Below are positions 39,135 through 52,200 of a stretch of DNA of 64,000 nucleotides, piece after piece. Source of the stretch: Octopus bimaculoides (Eukaryota); contig NC_068996.1 in assembly GCF_001194135.2 (NCBI RefSeq), forward strand, positions 2,676,037-2,740,036, given 5' to 3'. Under the pieces are notes generated by a model. The model was not told the origin of the DNA. It ran no database searches and saw only the letters and a list, made by a program, of their open reading frames with translations. Numbering within the stretch: position 1 is the stretch's first letter; every line of letters begins with the position of its first letter. Position numbers and translations under genes: made by a program.

Positions 39135-40801
39135 GTATATATATGCATATATAATTTTTTTTTTTTTTTATATATCTGATCTTGTTTTCATTGTAATTTT
39201 TAACCTTTGTTGTCAGATTTATTGGTGTTCGGTGTTTTTAATCACTGCATGGTAAACTTTTTTCTCTTTCTCACTTTTCATATATTTTGAAAAATGGTTT
39301 TTTACTTGTCATATATCGTTATTTTATTATAAAAGTTTGAAAATGTTCAAATCTGCATTTTTAGTTTCTATTAGTTCGTTATTGTTAAATGTTATTTTTA
39401 CAAATGCTGATTAATTGCATTTCATGTGATGAATTTATATCCAAGTAATTAGATTTTATTGTTTTCTAAAGAAATCATGACATCATCTTCATGAAGAGTA
39501 TTAGGGTGTTAAGTAATATATTTTTTTGCATGAGATCAGTTAAATGTTACAAAGACTACACAAAAATAAGCTGTTCCTATGAATGATAATTTTGTTGAAA
39601 TATGTCTCATATTTATATCACATTACAAATTATGTGAAATTCTCCCTTCATCAGACTGATTTTACATCACAAAGCATAGTTTACTGGCAGCTATATTTTT
39701 TATTTCTCACTTTGACCTTTTTAGTTTATGGAAGAAAAATGGTAGCATCATGGCCATAGTTTCTGTAGTTGATATGATTGATATTGTTTGCCTGTAAGGA
39801 AAACATAGGTGGAGGGAAATTCTTGAAAGGTTTTGTTTTGAAAACATTGGGCAAAGTTTGGATGTGTTTAGTGGTGTGTTTTGGAACTGAGACAGATAAA
39901 TGCAGAGTTCAGATAAATGCGGAGTGCAACAGCAGAGTATATTAGTATACTTGTAGATTCAGTGTCTCGTTAGGTGAGTGCTGATGTCATCAATTATTGC
40001 TTTACTGAATGGAATATGATTGTTGGCTATCATATTTAATGAGACTAGCTGTAGATACATCTGTTATAATACTTTGTATATAAATCATTTAAGCTTTATA
40101 CCAGGTTGAGTGGGAAAGTCTTTTTACATATTTCAAGCTTTTATTAATAGTTCAAACAGATTACATACAAAAAGCATTTATTCATCAAAATATAAAGATG
40201 TGGGAGTCTTCAAGGAAGGATAACATTCTCTTAAGGATCTTGGTGTACATACCATGTTGGTGATCTTCAGATTCCTTCTTCATTGTCCAAGATTCAACTC
40301 CATTGTGGAGAATGCTTTCAGCATATGAGAAAGGCCAACCATGCTAACTTTGAAATACTTGATTGTGTCATGTGCATAACTTGTTAGCATTCTTTAAGTA
40401 TGTTGCAGTCAAAGTCAGTTTGTTTCTTAATGCCATCATACATCGTCAATGAAGATGATTCATCAATGAAGATGAGATCCAGTCACCAATTTATTCCACT
40501 TAAAGTATACGACTTAAAGTACTCATTGACTTCAATTAGCTTGGGTCCTATGTTACACAGGAAGAAAGACTTCTTGACCTGCAAGGGACAGACCAGGAGT
40601 GCCCGTAACAAATTTCAGATATAGTATTATAGACATATAGAGAAAGAAGTGCTACTGTAAGATGTAAGAGTGTATCTTTTGTAAAGCTAATGTATGAAAA
40701 GCAAACTAGCTTCAGAAGGATATAAAAGACATAATGCAAAACATAAATACTTTTGTAATTAAATACTGAGATTCTTTTAATGGAAACATATACATTTATT
40801 A

Positions 40802-40975
40802 TATGAGGCAGGTGCTGAAAATTTCCTGGCTTTAAGAGCAATGCAAAAGGCCTGATTGGGGGGCCCAACTTTCCAAGTTCTTTTTCAGGGCTTAGAAAGA
40901 CTGAAGGACCACTGTAATAAGTATGTGAATCTGAGAGGAAGATGTGTTGAATAAAACCATGATTAACTGATCTCC

Positions 40976-40976
<1 letters not shown>
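40802..40976 (+). mobile_element. Mariner-derived non-autonomous element, partial and running into a gap
   Basis: TA + tgaggcaggtgctgaaaatttcctggc TIR-like end, and remnant LERLKDHCNKYVNLRGRCVE* like a mariner transposase C-terminus. Confidence 0.6.
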
Positions 40977-41021
<45 letters not shown>

Positions 41022-42215
41022 NNNNNNNNNNNNNNNNNNNNNNNNNNNNNNNNNNNNNNNNNNNNNNNNNNNNNNNNNNNNNNNNNNNNNNNNNNNNNNN
41101 NNNNNNNNNNNNNNNNNNNNNNNNNNNNNNNNNNNNNNNNNNNNNNNNNNNNNNNNNNNNNNNNNNNNNNNNNNNNNNNNNNNNNNNNNNNNNNNNNNNN
41201 NNNNNNNNNNNNNNNNNNNNNNNNNNNNNNNNNNNNNNNNNNNNNNNNNNNNNNNNNNNNNNNNNNNNNNNNNNNNNNNNNNNNNNNNNNNNNNNNNNNN
41301 NNNNNNNNNNNNNNNNNNNNNNNNNNNNNNNNNNNNNNNNNNNNNNNNNNNNNNNNNNNNNNNNNNNNNNNNNNNNNNNNNNNNNNNNNNNNNNNNNNNN
41401 NNNNNNNNNNNTATATATATATATATGGTAATTATGTATTACAGTATTTCAGGAATGGATATATTTATTTTTTGCCCTTATTGTCTAATTATTAACTTCA
41501 TTTTTAAATTAAATAATTCTGATATTAATTTTGGTAATGCAGCTATTACGTCCTGACCTTCTTTACTGAAGGATGACACCAGTGATTTCACGAAACATTT
41601 AATACATTATCACTATCATAATAAATGTGACATCATGAGAATGATCATAACTTTTCATTGCCCATTACTTAGCCTGGACAATAGATTATAACTAACTTCC
41701 ATCATGCCATCTCAAATATGACAATCTACTCGTCTGGGGAAAATAAAGGAGTAACATTTAGTTCCCATATATATAATGCATACCCCTAATATAACCTAGA
41801 TGCAATACTGTGTATTTGCACAAATAAACACACTATGTTACTTATCAATATTTTTAAAATAAAGGTTCCTTGTTGAAATTTAGACAATTTACTTTGTATA
41901 TATGTACATGTGCATACATACATGTATATACATATATATGCACTACAAGCATGCATGCTTACATATTTATATACAACACATTACCAAAATAATAAGGTAA
42001 TTTAATCAATAACATAAATACAGTAGACTGGCAAAATCACTATATCAAAAGATAAAATACCTTGTAGTAATTAGTTGCATCCTTTTGCAGTTTATGTTTA
42101 ACTTGCTTCAGAGGCCTACTTGCATTTCATAATTTCCAGAGTTGATTAAATCTAGAAATTTGTGACTTTTGTGTCTTCACTCAAAATTACTTATGTTGCT
42201 ATTATTTTACTGCAG

Positions 42216-42254
42216 AGGATGGCAAAAATGATAAGCCAGCTGGCAGACCAACAT
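42216..42254 (+). CDS. MICU3: Candidate 39-nt cassette exon in the MICU3-like linker; phase 0/0
   Basis: Acceptor ttatgttgctattattttactgcag|AGG, donor CAACAT|gtaaat followed by a U tract. Frame RMAKMISQLADQH has no stop and preserves frame between exons 32465 and 59339. Confidence 0.5.
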
Positions 42255-42849
42255 GTAAATTTTTTTTTTTTTTTATCCTATGTTCCTATACACACTGAAT
42301 TCAGATCCTGCTATCACTGAATTGAAGCTTTTATCATGGTGGGATTGATAGAATACACAACAGTGAAGAAGTATAGGGAGTATCAATGACTGTACTCTTT
42401 CTAAAATGTTCAGCATCATGTTAATGGTAGAAGTCATTAATTATTGTTGTTGTTATCATTAAAGTAACAGAAACAGTACTGCATAATTGTATTTAGTACT
42501 AATCCTCCAGTTTAACATATAATCTGGTCAACTTTATGTTTCATATCACTAGGAATGATAACAAATATTTGTTGTATATCAAGGGATGGATTCAATTATT
42601 CTAAATTTCCCCTACAATTGATGTGATCCTTATATGCAATTGGTTTAGTTGTTATTTTTCTTATTATCATAACTAAAGGTGATGAGCTGGCAGAATTATT
42701 CAGTTTAAAATAAGAATTTTTTTTTTTTTTTTTTTGTCATTTGCAACTTAAATTTAGATTCCATGGGTCAACTTTACCATTTTATGAAAAAGCATCAAGA
42801 AAATTTTCTTGATAAAGCCAGTGAATCATTTCATGTATGTGAAAAGTAG

Positions 42850-43160
42850 AATAGTACTAACGCTTAGACATGCCTCAGTAAAGCTTGGACAGCATCTAAG
42901 TCTGAGCATAATATAGAAATAAGAATTTCTTTTTCGCAGTGGTTGATTTCATATTTCACATTGGTTCTTCCACTTAGCCAAAATCCAGAAGACTCCAAGT
43001 TATACAGGATGCTCCATGTCATTGTCAATATGTTCTGGAAAGAGCATCTTAACAATGAAAGATTGTATGATAAGCTACCTAAAGTCTACGACACCATTAG
43101 AGAAAGGAGAATTAGGAAAGTATGGAAGAGCTGGTTAGTGACATTCTAATTTGCATACGT
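42850..43160 (+). mobile_element. Decayed LINE fragment (RTEX/RTE-like C-terminus)
   Basis: YRMLHVIVNMFWKEHLNNERLYDKLPKVYDTIRERRIR resembles YTRMLRxxLNxxWxxHxTNxxLYGxLPxxSxxIRxRRLR. Confidence 0.7.
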
Positions 43161-43603
43161 TTCCATGGTTCAAATCAGCTGACTTTCCTTTGAAGACATA
43201 CTTGTATCAGTTAAAAGATTGCATTGGATGTTAATGTGAGAAGCTATCATATGCTATGTGATAATTCCTCTCGTGAAGGTGCATGGGGGATCAAGAACAT
43301 GCAAATCTAAGCATGACTGTTAGTTTAACAAGATTAATTAATTGTTGGAAATAGTAGCTCTCACCAGTCATAATTCTCTTTAGTACTTAAGCTATATCTC
43401 TCTATTTCCTGAAAGCTATATCTCTGTCTTTCCACACTGGACCAATTTAGTCTTCCCTCTCTTCTCTCACTGATGAAATAAGTCATAGGTCAGTGTTATT
43501 TCATCTACTAGATTACTTCATATCTTATTTGTGTATCTAAGCAAGAAATCATTATTGAAGATTAAGAAAATTTCAATTGTGTTTTCTAATTGTGGCCCAT
43601 TTC

Positions 43604-43801
43604 AAGGTGGTCAGATGGCAGAAATGTTAGCACACCAGGTGAAATGCTTAGTGGTATTTCATCTGTCTTTACATTCTGTGTTCAACTTTGCCTTTCATCC
43701 TTTCGGGGTTGATAGATTAAGTACCAGTTGCACACTGGGGTTGATCTAATCGACTGACCCCCTCCCAAAAAATGTTGGGTTTTGTGCCTAGAGTAGAAAT
43801 G
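43604..43801 (+). mobile_element. SINE family A with a perfect 16-bp target-site duplication
   Basis: AATTGTGGCCCATTTC at 43588-43603 and 43802-43817. Confidence 0.92.
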
Positions 43802-44225
43802 AATTGTGGCCCATTTCTTATATTTCGGTCTGAAACCAAAATATAAAGAATCTACTTAGTCTACTTTATACAACACCTGTCCTATGTACTCAGTATACAT
43901 TTTCAAATTTAGATAAAAAATTTGTATTAGGAAGAATATATAGAAAATGTTACTGATACTCATAATGTTTTATTCTCTCTACACGTTGTTGTCTGACTGG
44001 CAGGTGAATGTAAATAATAATATCAATACGAAATATGTGCATGATCTGATACCCATAGAAAACATTCAAACAGTTACAGTCAGCATTGGAGATGTTATTA
44101 CAGAGTAATTGAACCCTAATCCCCAACATATGTCTGGTCCTCACAACAAATTGATTACATTACATATCTTTCTCTTCTAGCTTTTACTGTCTGGTCTCAT
44201 TTAACATTGACCACATATAGAAAGA

Positions 44226-44262
<37 letters not shown>

Positions 44263-45254
44263 ATGTGCGCGTGCACATATGCATGCTAATGTAATTGAAG
44301 TTTTTAACCTCCAGCTAAGTTTAAAGCAGAATCAATTTAATTTAAATAATAACCATTACAATTTACCAATTTTTACAAAAAAAGAAACAAGTATGTTTAT
44401 GATTATAATTGTGTGTGTGTGCTTGCATGTTTGTTGTGTGTATATCATACTTAATGCAAATATTATCAAAAGGCAAATTATCTACAGTATTCATCCAGAG
44501 ACAAAATCTTATATATTTGTATTATGTTTAAAAACACAAATATATCAGTAACAGATGAAATTGTCCAGCAGCACTGGTGAGAATAGATGCACGTTTCTGC
44601 CTTGTTGGACTTTGTCAGTAGCATTTACCCACTATCAAAAGCATGCCAAGACAGAATCTGTTACTACTGATATAAGAAAACTGTGACTGAAAATTCATTG
44701 GTGTCTAATTGCAATACTGTACTTACTGGCTGTATTGTATTTTTTTGTTTCTTTATTAGTTAACCAGATAACTAATTAAGTAATCAATTGTTTGATTAAA
44801 TCTTCAATCAATCAGTCAGTCAGGTCTAACCTAAAGCAAACCTGAAGAGCACTTATTATTGATGATGTTATGAGTGGTGATGAAAGGACTTCCACAGTCC
44901 TAATTGATTCATTGACTGAGCAATTAATCAAACAACTGATTAGTTAATTGGATAGGCTGGTTAACCAAGTGACAAGGGAAAATATCAAAATAGTATAGAA
45001 CCACTACATGAGGATATCAGTGGTGTAATTCCCTTCCCAAGATATAATTGTATGTGTAGATATGTGTGTATATGAATGAGTATTTTCCTCATCTTTGCTA
45101 CTTGCAAGAAATGCTTTGCTATTTACCACACATCAGTCCAGCTTCCTTGATGTATTATGTGATCTTTGCAAACAATGGGCTGAGTCATGTGTTGTCATTT
45201 TTTTTTTCCCCAATTCTTTGTATAAACATGTCTAGGTTGTTTGTTGTCCAATCT

Positions 45255-45304
<50 letters not shown>

Positions 45305-45339
45305 AGATGGGGCTGGGATCATCCCAGAGGCATTATGTG

Positions 45340-45710
45340 CAAAGCCAACCTGATTCACCAGTACCATCTATTGTTGGCAACCTCATGTCAGGCTCCCTGC
45401 AACCCCCAAGGTCATACCAATCCTCTGGAGATCTTCTTTAATCACATTCTGAGCCTGTCATGGGTTCTCTTCCAGCCCACAAGTGGTGCATTGAACAAAA
45501 GTAAGGTCCTGATAGGATGATCTGGCTGGAGGCAAAGGACATGTCCATACCAGCACATGTAGCGGACGGCTATGAAACGGGAGGCTGCATGCATGCAGCT
45601 CTTCATCAGATGTGATTGCACCATCTGATGTTCTCGATTATCATCAAAGCTGTGCTGTCAATCCACTTTCCCAGGTCTTCATGAGGGGCCATATTTCTAC
45701 TCCTTGCTTA
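45340..45710 (-). mobile_element. Decayed RTE-type LINE fragment
   Basis: ORF 45442-45624 VRYMCWYGHVLCLQPDHPIRTLLLFNAPLVGWKR. Confidence 0.78.
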
Positions 45711-48709
45711 ATAGATTGGAAAATTATTAACTCACTTGCAAACAGGTGGGGCAAGATGTCGAAGGGTAACCAGCCTTAGGAAGCTCTACTTCAACATACT
45801 TTCATCTGATGCATACAAGCAAAGAAATGTAGACATTAAAATGATGATGATGATGATGATCATGATAATGGTGATATATAGATATAATTAATTAACTGAT
45901 ACAGGGATTGAACTCACAGATACCATGTAAACTATGACTTTCAACACTTGAAACCTAATCAATGCTTTTAATAATTTGCTCTACAGAAACTAGTGAGCTC
46001 AATCCAATGACAGTCAGTTTAGATATTCAGTTCTCAGATTCAAGTGGTATGTCTAAGTAGCATCATAAGAAGAATAACTAATATAAGAAGAATATGGAAA
46101 ACAGAACGAGAATAATCTTCCCTTGTGCATTTGATAAAGATTTCAGTTCAAAATCTTACAAATTACTGAAACTTGATTTGTACAACAGTTGAAACATCAT
46201 AACTGTAGCGACCAAGACGAGGACACTAATCCAGATATTATCAGTGTGTCCATACTATGAGAAAGAAAAAAGCTGTTTATTAATTAGTTATGAGGATGTT
46301 GCTGTTACTAAAAGAAAACAATTATTAAAGTCTACATGCAGAGAAAATTCCTAAAATTTCTAATTTTAATATATCTTTATCAGAATGTAATTTAGAAAAT
46401 ATTTTCATCATTGAAGATTACAGCTATACATTTCAATCAGAAAATTAATTTTAGTTCACTACAAGATAACATTTTTTAACACTGTGAGATAGTTTTGTCC
46501 TTCACCTTTCTTTCTGTGTTTTTTTTTTTGGGGGGGGGGGGTTGTCTCTCTCGCTCTACACTTCATGACAATATCACAATTTATAAGTATTTATATTTTC
46601 TTTATATTTATAGAAATATAGATGTTGCCCTAATATTTCCAACATAACTTTCTACAGACATATCAGTAAAAACATTTCTCCAAAATATAAGTTTAATCTA
46701 GCACCAGCCAAATTATGTTGATTCCAATACCTTGTTATATTTGTTGAATGTTGTTGAAAAAATAGAAACCTGAGGAAGAAAAGTGGTTTAAATGTACTTA
46801 TATCAACTGTACCTGACACAAACTTGTCTTGTTTTCTTTAAAGCAATTTATTGTTGTATACAATGTTTAAAAAGAAAATAACCATTACAGTACATGATAA
46901 AGGTTGTAACAGGAAATTTCTTATATATTTTAGATAGTTCCTTTGCTGAAATCACTGTTTATGTTATCAAAGTAGATATGATGAATAGGAAAGCAAAAAA
47001 TATAATTTCCCATCTCTGTACATCTGTAATTGTAGGCTTATATCATTTATTAATACTAAAATGTACATATATATATAAAAGTCAATATATATATATATTT
47101 CAGTGGAAAAGTGAGTCCTAATATCACAGTTTAGTTTATTCCTGTGTGATTGCTATTTGACAGATATAAGTTATAAAGGGATATTATATGTAACATATCA
47201 AAAATTGTATGTATTGGGAATCCACTGTGTAAGTATTATGTAGCAACTAGCAGAAAACCACCTGCAGGGCAGTGTTTCTACCATTAATGATTATAATTCA
47301 TCATCTCAGAAATTGAGACACTCTGTGTGTGTGTTTTTCTTAGATATTAACTTTTTAATAGTTTTGGAATTATTTTTCAAATATCAATTTGTATAAACCG
47401 TTCTGAAAAAGAAAGAGCAATAAAATTAAAATTGTGTGAATTTTAAAAATAGATTTAATTAAAAGATAAGTTGTGAATTCAAGTTTAGACCTGATCAATA
47501 TTAGGAGAACAATAAACGTAGAATATGATATTGATACAGTTCATAAGTGATATTCTGGCATTTTATGGTTTGAAAGCATACCTGCAGGCTATCCTTTTGG
47601 CTATAAAAGCAATAAAGCAAGTTCTTTAACATGTGTAGCAATGTGCACAGATATATGCTCCTTCATGCACACAAAGATATTGAAAGATAAGTACATTAAT
47701 GTAAGAAGGTTTGGCAATTTGAAGAGCAGTCACCTTCAGTTAATATATAGAAGAGTTTGTTTTTGTTTGTTTCTTAATTATCAAAGCATAATTCATGTAA
47801 ACCTAGGTTGAGCTAAGGAATGAAATTCTATGTGGTTATGTGACTTACTAGAAATATCAATAAAATGTACATCAGATCATATCCTACTATCTCAGAAAAG
47901 GGAGGACACGTTAAATAGTACTAGATGTACTGTGACCTGAAAATTAAGCAGCTAATATACCTTTGATCATAAGTCTACTTGAAGAAGGCTGCTCTGAAAA
48001 TAAACAACAATTCAGATTAAATAGATGATGATGATGATTGTAAATTTGCAGATTACAAAATTTTAAATATTTCATTGCAACTTTTGTATTTGTAAATAAC
48101 TCATTTGCCATCTAACTTCTTTTGTTGTGCTTTTTCTTGCATTGAACATGACTGCTAATTGGTCAGACAGGCTATCGTGTGGCCAAACAAGTATTCTTGG
48201 AACCAGATAATGATACATGTACAATGGTCATATGCCTTACAACCTATTTGCAAAAATTTCAATGTAACTATCATTTTTTGAACAATTAAAGACTATATTT
48301 ATTGTGATAATGAATATGGTTGTTTTATTCTCTTAAGCATTTGTTTAGGATTACTATATTAAAAAGTAGCAATTGATATGCTTATTCATTGAAATCTAAT
48401 TATATAAGACAAGCTAATTAACTTTTTAAAGTTTTCAATATTTATATGGGTGGGAAGTTTTGTTTTGTTAGACCTTTTTTTTTTTACACAGTTATGTGAC
48501 TTTCTTACTGTTTCCTACTTAACTGTAAAGTACTTGGTGGATTTTCTTTTATTATGTTGTTCAGTCAGGCAAAATGGAGCAAGTAGAGACAGGTGCCTTA
48601 GTGTAGGACACAGTACTGATCACACTGCATGATTAATAGTCCACTACTGTAATATCACACCTATTGTGCACAAATAATAAAATTATTGATAGTATACTTT
48701 CAGAGTCTT

Positions 48710-48753
<44 letters not shown>

Positions 48754-50064
48754 AAGAGAGAGAGAAATTGTTTGAAGTGGTGTACAGATTTTATGTTAAG
48801 GAAAAGGAGGTTGTCAGAATTTTGGATAATTATTTTAGTACTTTCACCTCATTTCAGAGATTCATCAGGAATCATTTTTTTCCCAGAAAATTTATACCTT
48901 CTATATATATGTGAGTTAGTTGAAAAAAATCTTGAGTTGGATTGGGAAGAGACTGTTCTAGTTATTTTGAATCTATGTGTGTGGTGAGTTTTTGGAGGTT
49001 TGGTTAGAGAGATTCCAAAAAGGAAGAAAGACAAAGAGAGAGAGAGGGGGGGGTTCCTGGGATGATTGAAGTTGCATTGTATTTTTTGGTCAGGTTTATA
49101 TGTATGACTTAAATTATATGTTTTGAGCTATAGTATTCTTATATAATTATTACTATATTTAATTCAGTGATTAATCATTATATTAAGTAACTATTATCTA
49201 TCCACATAAGTAGACATATTTGAATATAATTAACTCACCGTTTGGACACTCATAACAAATCACATCATATTTGGAAATGATCTTATTTGATTAATTCTGT
49301 CAGTATTTTTTTATCATACACAAGTGAGATATATGAGCAGTAAAATTTAACAACCAGAGCTGTCATGATTTCTTGAATTCAGATGTACTTACTTACATTT
49401 CAATGTAGTTTCAAAGCAGGACATGTTTTCCTGCTTAGCCTCACTCCATAGAGAGCATCTTAGTTTTTGAATTCACATTCAGCATTTGAACTACTGAAAG
49501 GAAATGTTATTTCATATTCTTAATATTATCGAACATAAACATGTACTCGAATCTAATCAAGCACAAAGGTCCTGAAATTATTAATTAATCCAATGTTTGC
49601 TATGTCCTTCTTTCTATTTTATTTTTCTCTATTTTAATCCGGTTGTCAATAGTGAATCGATGAATATTTTAACTCAGTACTCTTAGTTATGAAGTCATTG
49701 TCATTCCTCTTATTATACGCTTTTAGTTTAGAAATTTACTCACTGCTAATTCTTTTCTAATTTTCTCTGAGTTGTACTCTTCTCTTTCTGTATATAAATA
49801 TATATACATGTATATATATTTATGTACATGTGCGCATTTATGAGCTTGTGCGTATGCGGCACACACACACACACACATACACACACACACACACATACAC
49901 ACATATAGATAACTATGTCATTGTTCTCTTGTTTCATGAACCATTTCATTGTATATTACTGAATGATTCAACATCTTCAACACTTTGTATGAGTCCTGAT
50001 GGGTGCCACATTGTAAGATTTAGTAAAGATCATGATATATCATTATTCTTATTATCATGTTTAT

Positions 50065-50129
<65 letters not shown>

Positions 50130-51963
50130 ACATTACTTTTTTTACTCATTTTTCTTTTCTTGATAGCTCTTCAGTCTTGCTTCATGGAGGCTACTAGATT
50201 GTTAAGTGGAATCCCTTGCTGCTAATTGGAACAGGATCTGAAGTCTTTTTTTGTGGGGGTACTTTTGAGGGCTTTATTGTTGGGCATTTTTTCATTTTTA
50301 TTTTATAATCTTATGCCACAGGAATATGTATTCAATTTTCACTTAACAGTCATGAGTAAAAAAAAAAGTACTTGGTAGGGTTAGGAAAAAAAATTTGAAT
50401 TCCCTTGGTTTTTTTTTTATGTTATGTACAGTCAGTGGGGTTTGTTTTTGTTTTTCTTGTTTCTTTTTCCTTTGTTGTTGTTAAATTTATTCTGTTGCCA
50501 ACTACATTCTTGCTGCTATCATTAGAATAGACATTTATTGTAACTATTGTAAGCAATCTTAATTTAATTTAATTGCCACAGTGTTTTACTAACAAGTAAT
50601 TTTGAAAGAAATCCGTATAAGCTAACCTTGATAAAGCTAATAGAGTTAAAGGTATCAGCATGTTATAAGGTTAAGGAGTAGGGAGAATGATGTAAAATAC
50701 AACAATCTTCTCTATTGATGCTCAAACTGTTAGAAATAACAGCTAAATCTCTCAAACCTCATCCTACCATTCTACACTGGTTACATTTATTGTTATTTTA
50801 TTCTTATTGCAGAAACATTTAACCTATCCATTACAGTATTCTTGTTGAAATACATTGTCTTTAGTTGATTTTGAAAATAATGAAGCATTTAGTAAAATAA
50901 TTATCATTATTAAGTTTGTGCTTGAATTTTGATACAAAGTTTTAATTTAGATCAGTTTTAATCAGAAACTGTGCCACAAAGCAGAATCTATCTCAAGTGA
51001 GTTATGAAAATTTTTAAGCAATGAAAAGCTTTAGACAATGTTCATAAATTATGAATTTGGAAAACTCATACTTTATTATAAAGGCACTTCTGAAATTTAT
51101 AATAGTTAATATTTATTTTTGATAGAAATAATTTCACAGTTTTATATAAGATGATACATGTAAGCGGAAAGTTACAAAAGAAGTTTTTTTTTTTTTTTTA
51201 ATGTATGTTTCTCTTGAGAGTTATTTTTTCTATTGTTAAATGTTGGTGCGACACCTACATTGTATTAATACAATTGCATCTTGTTTTGTTGTTGTAATTT
51301 AGCCCAAGGTCAAATTTGATCAAGTAGAATATGATCCAAGCGTATCAGGACAATTACCCCCCTATACAGCAATACCCCCCCCCCCGACGACAACTACCCC
51401 CTAGGACAATTACTCCCTTGGTTAATTACCCTCTCTCCAATATATTAAGAAGTTATACATCATCTGTTGTCTTGTGGGGTAAATGTCCTAAACTTGATCC
51501 AAGGCTTTCCAATTATGGCCACTCTGTCTTTTTATGGAATATCTTGGATTATATTGTCTTACATGTCTTTTTTTTTCTTTTGTTGTTGTCGTGACAAGGG
51601 TTGAGATTTGAGAGAGATTTGGCTACAACTTCAAGCCAGTTGAATTAACACATTGAATAGTTTTACTATCCTGGGGCAGTTTGCAAATACATATAAACCT
51701 ATGTGATGAGAAAAATAGTGAATCTTTAAATTGGAATAACTTCTATCAGTTCAGTGTGACCTAAACCCTATGAATGAATTTGATAAACAGAAACTGTGTG
51801 GAAGTCCATCATATATATATATAGTGTGTGTGTGTTTGTGCATGTACATATATGTGTTACTGTTTCTGTGGTTTTGTATTGATGTAAGCTGAGCCAGTCA
51901 TATTTGTTTATACTTCTCATGAACAATGTGCCCCCTAGCTTGGCAATTTCACTGGTTTCAATC

Positions 51964-52200
51964 CAACCCTTCAGCATTCAGATTGATATGTCAAAAGTAA
52001 TCCTTATTTATTCACATTTTAAAAAATTAATTAAAAATTAAAAGCTCAATCTTTTAGCTTCGAGATTTGAAAGATGTAATTTTTTATTTATAGAACGACA
52101 TTGCATGGCAGGTGTGAGGTGCAGGTTCTGGCCAGTTTGAGCATAAAATGGGTGGAATATTTGGGCCAAATACAGCCAGTTTAAACACTAATTGGTTACG
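51964..52200 (+). mobile_element. Decayed piggyBac-type MITE
   Basis: aacccttcagcattcagatt... start and ...gccagtttaaacactaattggtta end; same family as 58146 in the opposite orientation. Confidence 0.55.

Noticed and set aside
39957-39973. 17-nt segment before a strong AG|GTGAGT donor
   Set aside because: Poor polypyrimidine tract and not frame-preserving.
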